IMG/VR virus record: IMGVR_UViG_3300046170_000274 | Coordinates: 2,897 to 66,896 of that record | From: a virus | Length of the DNA: 64,000 nucleotides | Strand: one strand, 5' to 3' | Part shown: positions 61,918 to 64,000 of the stretch, in pieces | Layout: every line of letters starts with the position of its first letter | Position numbering within the stretch: the stretch's first letter is position 1 | The notes under the pieces: generated by a model | The model's database searches: none | What the model was told of the DNA's origin: nothing | What the model saw: the letters and a program-made list of their open reading frames with translations, nothing else | Position numbers and translations under genes: made by a program

Positions 61918-64000
61918 TGGCTTACATATTTGATCCGATACGTAACACATTTGTAGATGATGAAGATACAAGTCTTGGTAACAAACTTGCATTAAACGAT
62001 ACGTCAGAAGAAATCATTAAACAGATCGACGAGCAGTTCGGTCCAGGCACCGTGTTCCCTGCATCAGAGTTACCTCCCAAAGAAAACCCATACAAAGACT
62101 TTGAAGACAGAAACCCTGCAGCTAATGGTGGGATGATGAGACAGAACTTTGCAGATAATCCATTAAAAAATTTTAACTTTACAGTAGATAACATTCCTCC
62201 AGGATACGAATCTGTTTCTAAATTAGCAGAAAAATTAGGTGTAAGTTATGACTCATTAAAAAGTTATAAAGCATTACATGGAAGTGGTCAGTCCCCCACT
62301 TATGAAAGAATTTTAAATGTATTAGGAGATCCAATAAAAGTTACAGGATTTAAAGATACTTTTGGAGGAGGTGCTTCTCATATAGATTATTTTGATTTAT
62401 CGAAACTAAATGATGAGACTTTAAAAGCTATAAAGGAAAGAAAAGCAATGCCTGATAGAGGAGGTTCAGGCGTAAAAGTTTTAAGTAATAAAAATTTAAA
62501 ACAAAAATTTATTAAAGCTTACAATGATGGATATGGTGGAAGAGATATTATGTCTGTCATTGATCCTGATAACAAATTAAACGTTAATCAAGAAAAATAT
62601 GGTAGTGCAACTTTAACGGAGTTATTAAATAATGAACAAGTAAAACCTAGAAAAGAAGGTTTTATATCTAAAGGGCAAGAACTTTATTTTGAAAAAAATA
62701 GAATACCTATTGATAATCAAATAGTAAAAGTAAATTCTTTTTATAAACCAGGAATGAGTATAGAAAAAGTTACACAAAAACTATTTCCTAACTTTTCACC
62801 TATTATAGAATCAGATTCTTTTAATGTAAGACAAGAAAAAACAAATCAATTAAAAGAAGCTTCTAATAGAATAGTTGATTATAAAGCTTGGTTAAAAGGA
62901 GATAGACCAAGCAGTTCTATTTTAGATAAATTAACTTTACCTAATAACAAAAAACAAATTATAAAATATATTGAAGCTTCAACAGACTCAACATTTGGAA
63001 AATTTGCTAGCACTCAAGAAAGACGATACAAATACTATCAATTAGATAAACTAAATAATAAACCAATGGGTTATTACGACGGTTTAAATAAAAAAATATA
63101 TGCTGATTTTAAAAGACTAGGTTTAAATTATCAAATAGAACATGGTGGAAGTTTATCACAAAGTTTAAAAAAGAAAATTCCTTGGGTTTCTAAATTTGTA
63201 ACTTTTATGAAACCAAAATACAATAGACAAAAAATACCATTAGATATGGATACTGGTATTTTAAAAGCATATGATGTTTTAGAAGATAAAAAATTATCTA
63301 CAGAAGAAAAGAAAAATCACCCTGATGTTAAAAAACATAATAAGGCTGCAAAAGAATTTATGCAAAAAACAGGAACTAAAATACCTGTAATTTCATTTAA
63401 TGAAAAAGATGTTAATAAAATTATTGAAAGAGAAGATGTAGATAAACAAACAAAAACTCAAGTTAAAAATACATTTGATAAAAACGGTTGGACTTTAATT
63501 AACCCTGGAGATCAAATAGAAGAAGTCGTTAAAATAGTAAAAGATGCTGATAAACTTCCAAGCAATAGAAAACAATTAATTGTATCAGGTTTTAGAAATA
63601 AAATAGCTAATTTTTTTCAAGATGCACCTGTTCCAAAAGGAGTTAAACTTCCAATCGGTGCAACAGCTGCAGCATTAGACTTTGCAATCTTTAATGGTTT
63701 AATGGGAATGCCTGCACCAGAAGCGATGTTAGGTTCTTCTCAATGGTTGTTAAAAAATCCAGAAGCTGCTGAAAAAATAGGTAAGTCAATCAATCTTGTA
63801 ATTGAAGGTAAGATGACTGTAGATTCTTTCTTTAATAAAAACTCAGAAGAACTTGGTGGAGTGTTTAAAGATTTAGTTGGTATTGATATGCCGGATGCTT
63901 ACTCAAAAGATGATGAAGTTGGAAATCAAAGATTAAAAGAAATGGATAAAGCAATGGAAGTTCCCAATATGGATGAAACAACAGCCGCACCTTTATATGA
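61917..64000 (+). CDS. Putative virion cargo protein B, allele 2 (3' truncated), HTH plus HNH-like module
   Basis: Manually translated open frame to the window end; first 28 aa identical to the 1585 ORF; AANGGMMRQNF; SVSKLAEKLGVSYDSL; YQIEH...KYN. Confidence 0.8.
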   Translation, partial: MAYIFDPIRNTFVDDEDTSLGNKLALNDTSEEIIKQIDEQFGPGTVFPASELPPKENPYKDFEDRNPAANGGMMRQNFADNPLKNFNFTVDNIPPGYESVSKLAEKLGVSYDSLKSYKALHGSGQSPTYERILNVLGDPIKVTGFKDTFGGGASHIDYFDLSKLNDETLKAIKERKAMPDRGGSGVKVLSNKNLKQKFIKAYNDGYGGRDIMSVIDPDNKLNVNQEKYGSATLTELLNNEQVKPRKEGFISKGQELYFEKNRIPIDNQIVKVNSFYKPGMSIEKVTQKLFPNFSPIIESDSFNVRQEKTNQLKEASNRIVDYKAWLKGDRPSSSILDKLTLPNNKKQIIKYIEASTDSTFGKFASTQERRYKYYQLDKLNNKPMGYYDGLNKKIYADFKRLGLNYQIEHGGSLSQSLKKKIPWVSKFVTFMKPKYNRQKIPLDMDTGILKAYDVLEDKKLSTEEKKNHPDVKKHNKAAKEFMQKTGTKIPVISFNEKDVNKIIEREDVDKQTKTQVKNTFDKNGWTLINPGDQIEEVVKIVKDADKLPSNRKQLIVSGFRNKIANFFQDAPVPKGVKLPIGATAAALDFAIFNGLMGMPAPEAMLGSSQWLLKNPEAAEKIGKSINLVIEGKMTVDSFFNKNSEELGGVFKDLVGIDMPDAYSKDDEVGNQRLKEMDKAMEVPNMDETTAAPLY

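Noticed and set aside
1-64000. Integrated prophage or alternative genetic code
   Set aside because: No host genes, integrase or att sites seen; gene breaks are frame changes, not in-frame stops, and standard stops end the genes.

Overview
The window is essentially one complete AT-rich dsDNA phage genome (unit length about 60,636 bp) plus about 3.4 kb of wrap-around: position 1 recurs at 60637. Gene content points to a marine podovirus-like phage, probably of SAR11/Pelagibacter and resembling the ~60-kb HTVC023P-type from memory (not verified). It encodes TerL, portal, GroES, scaffold, major capsid, tail, fibre and ejection genes, an M15 endolysin, SNF2 and UvrD helicases, an AEP primase, PolA, a PD-(D/E)xK exonuclease and TerS. 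Many essential genes are broken by single-base indels, which look like long-read errors. No integrase, tRNA, rRNA or CRISPR was seen. The most notable feature is that the two copies of the wrap-around region are different alleles. Two adjacent genes between terL and portal keep conserved scaffolds but carry unrelated interchangeable cassettes: a beta-barrel-like versus a coiled-coil module, and two different HNH-like nuclease modules, one with an HTH. The switch points fall at a peptide motif (A-x-GG...R-x-x-F/Y-x-x-G) that also recurs in the small basic proteins and the ejection proteins. This suggests a tag-delimited polymorphic virion cargo system (inference). Other candidates are two tandem tail-tip modules each with three C1q-like paralogs, NNGCTTG heptamer arrays, a ~600-nt structured non-coding region, and a TAGGAT/ATCCTA promoter box.
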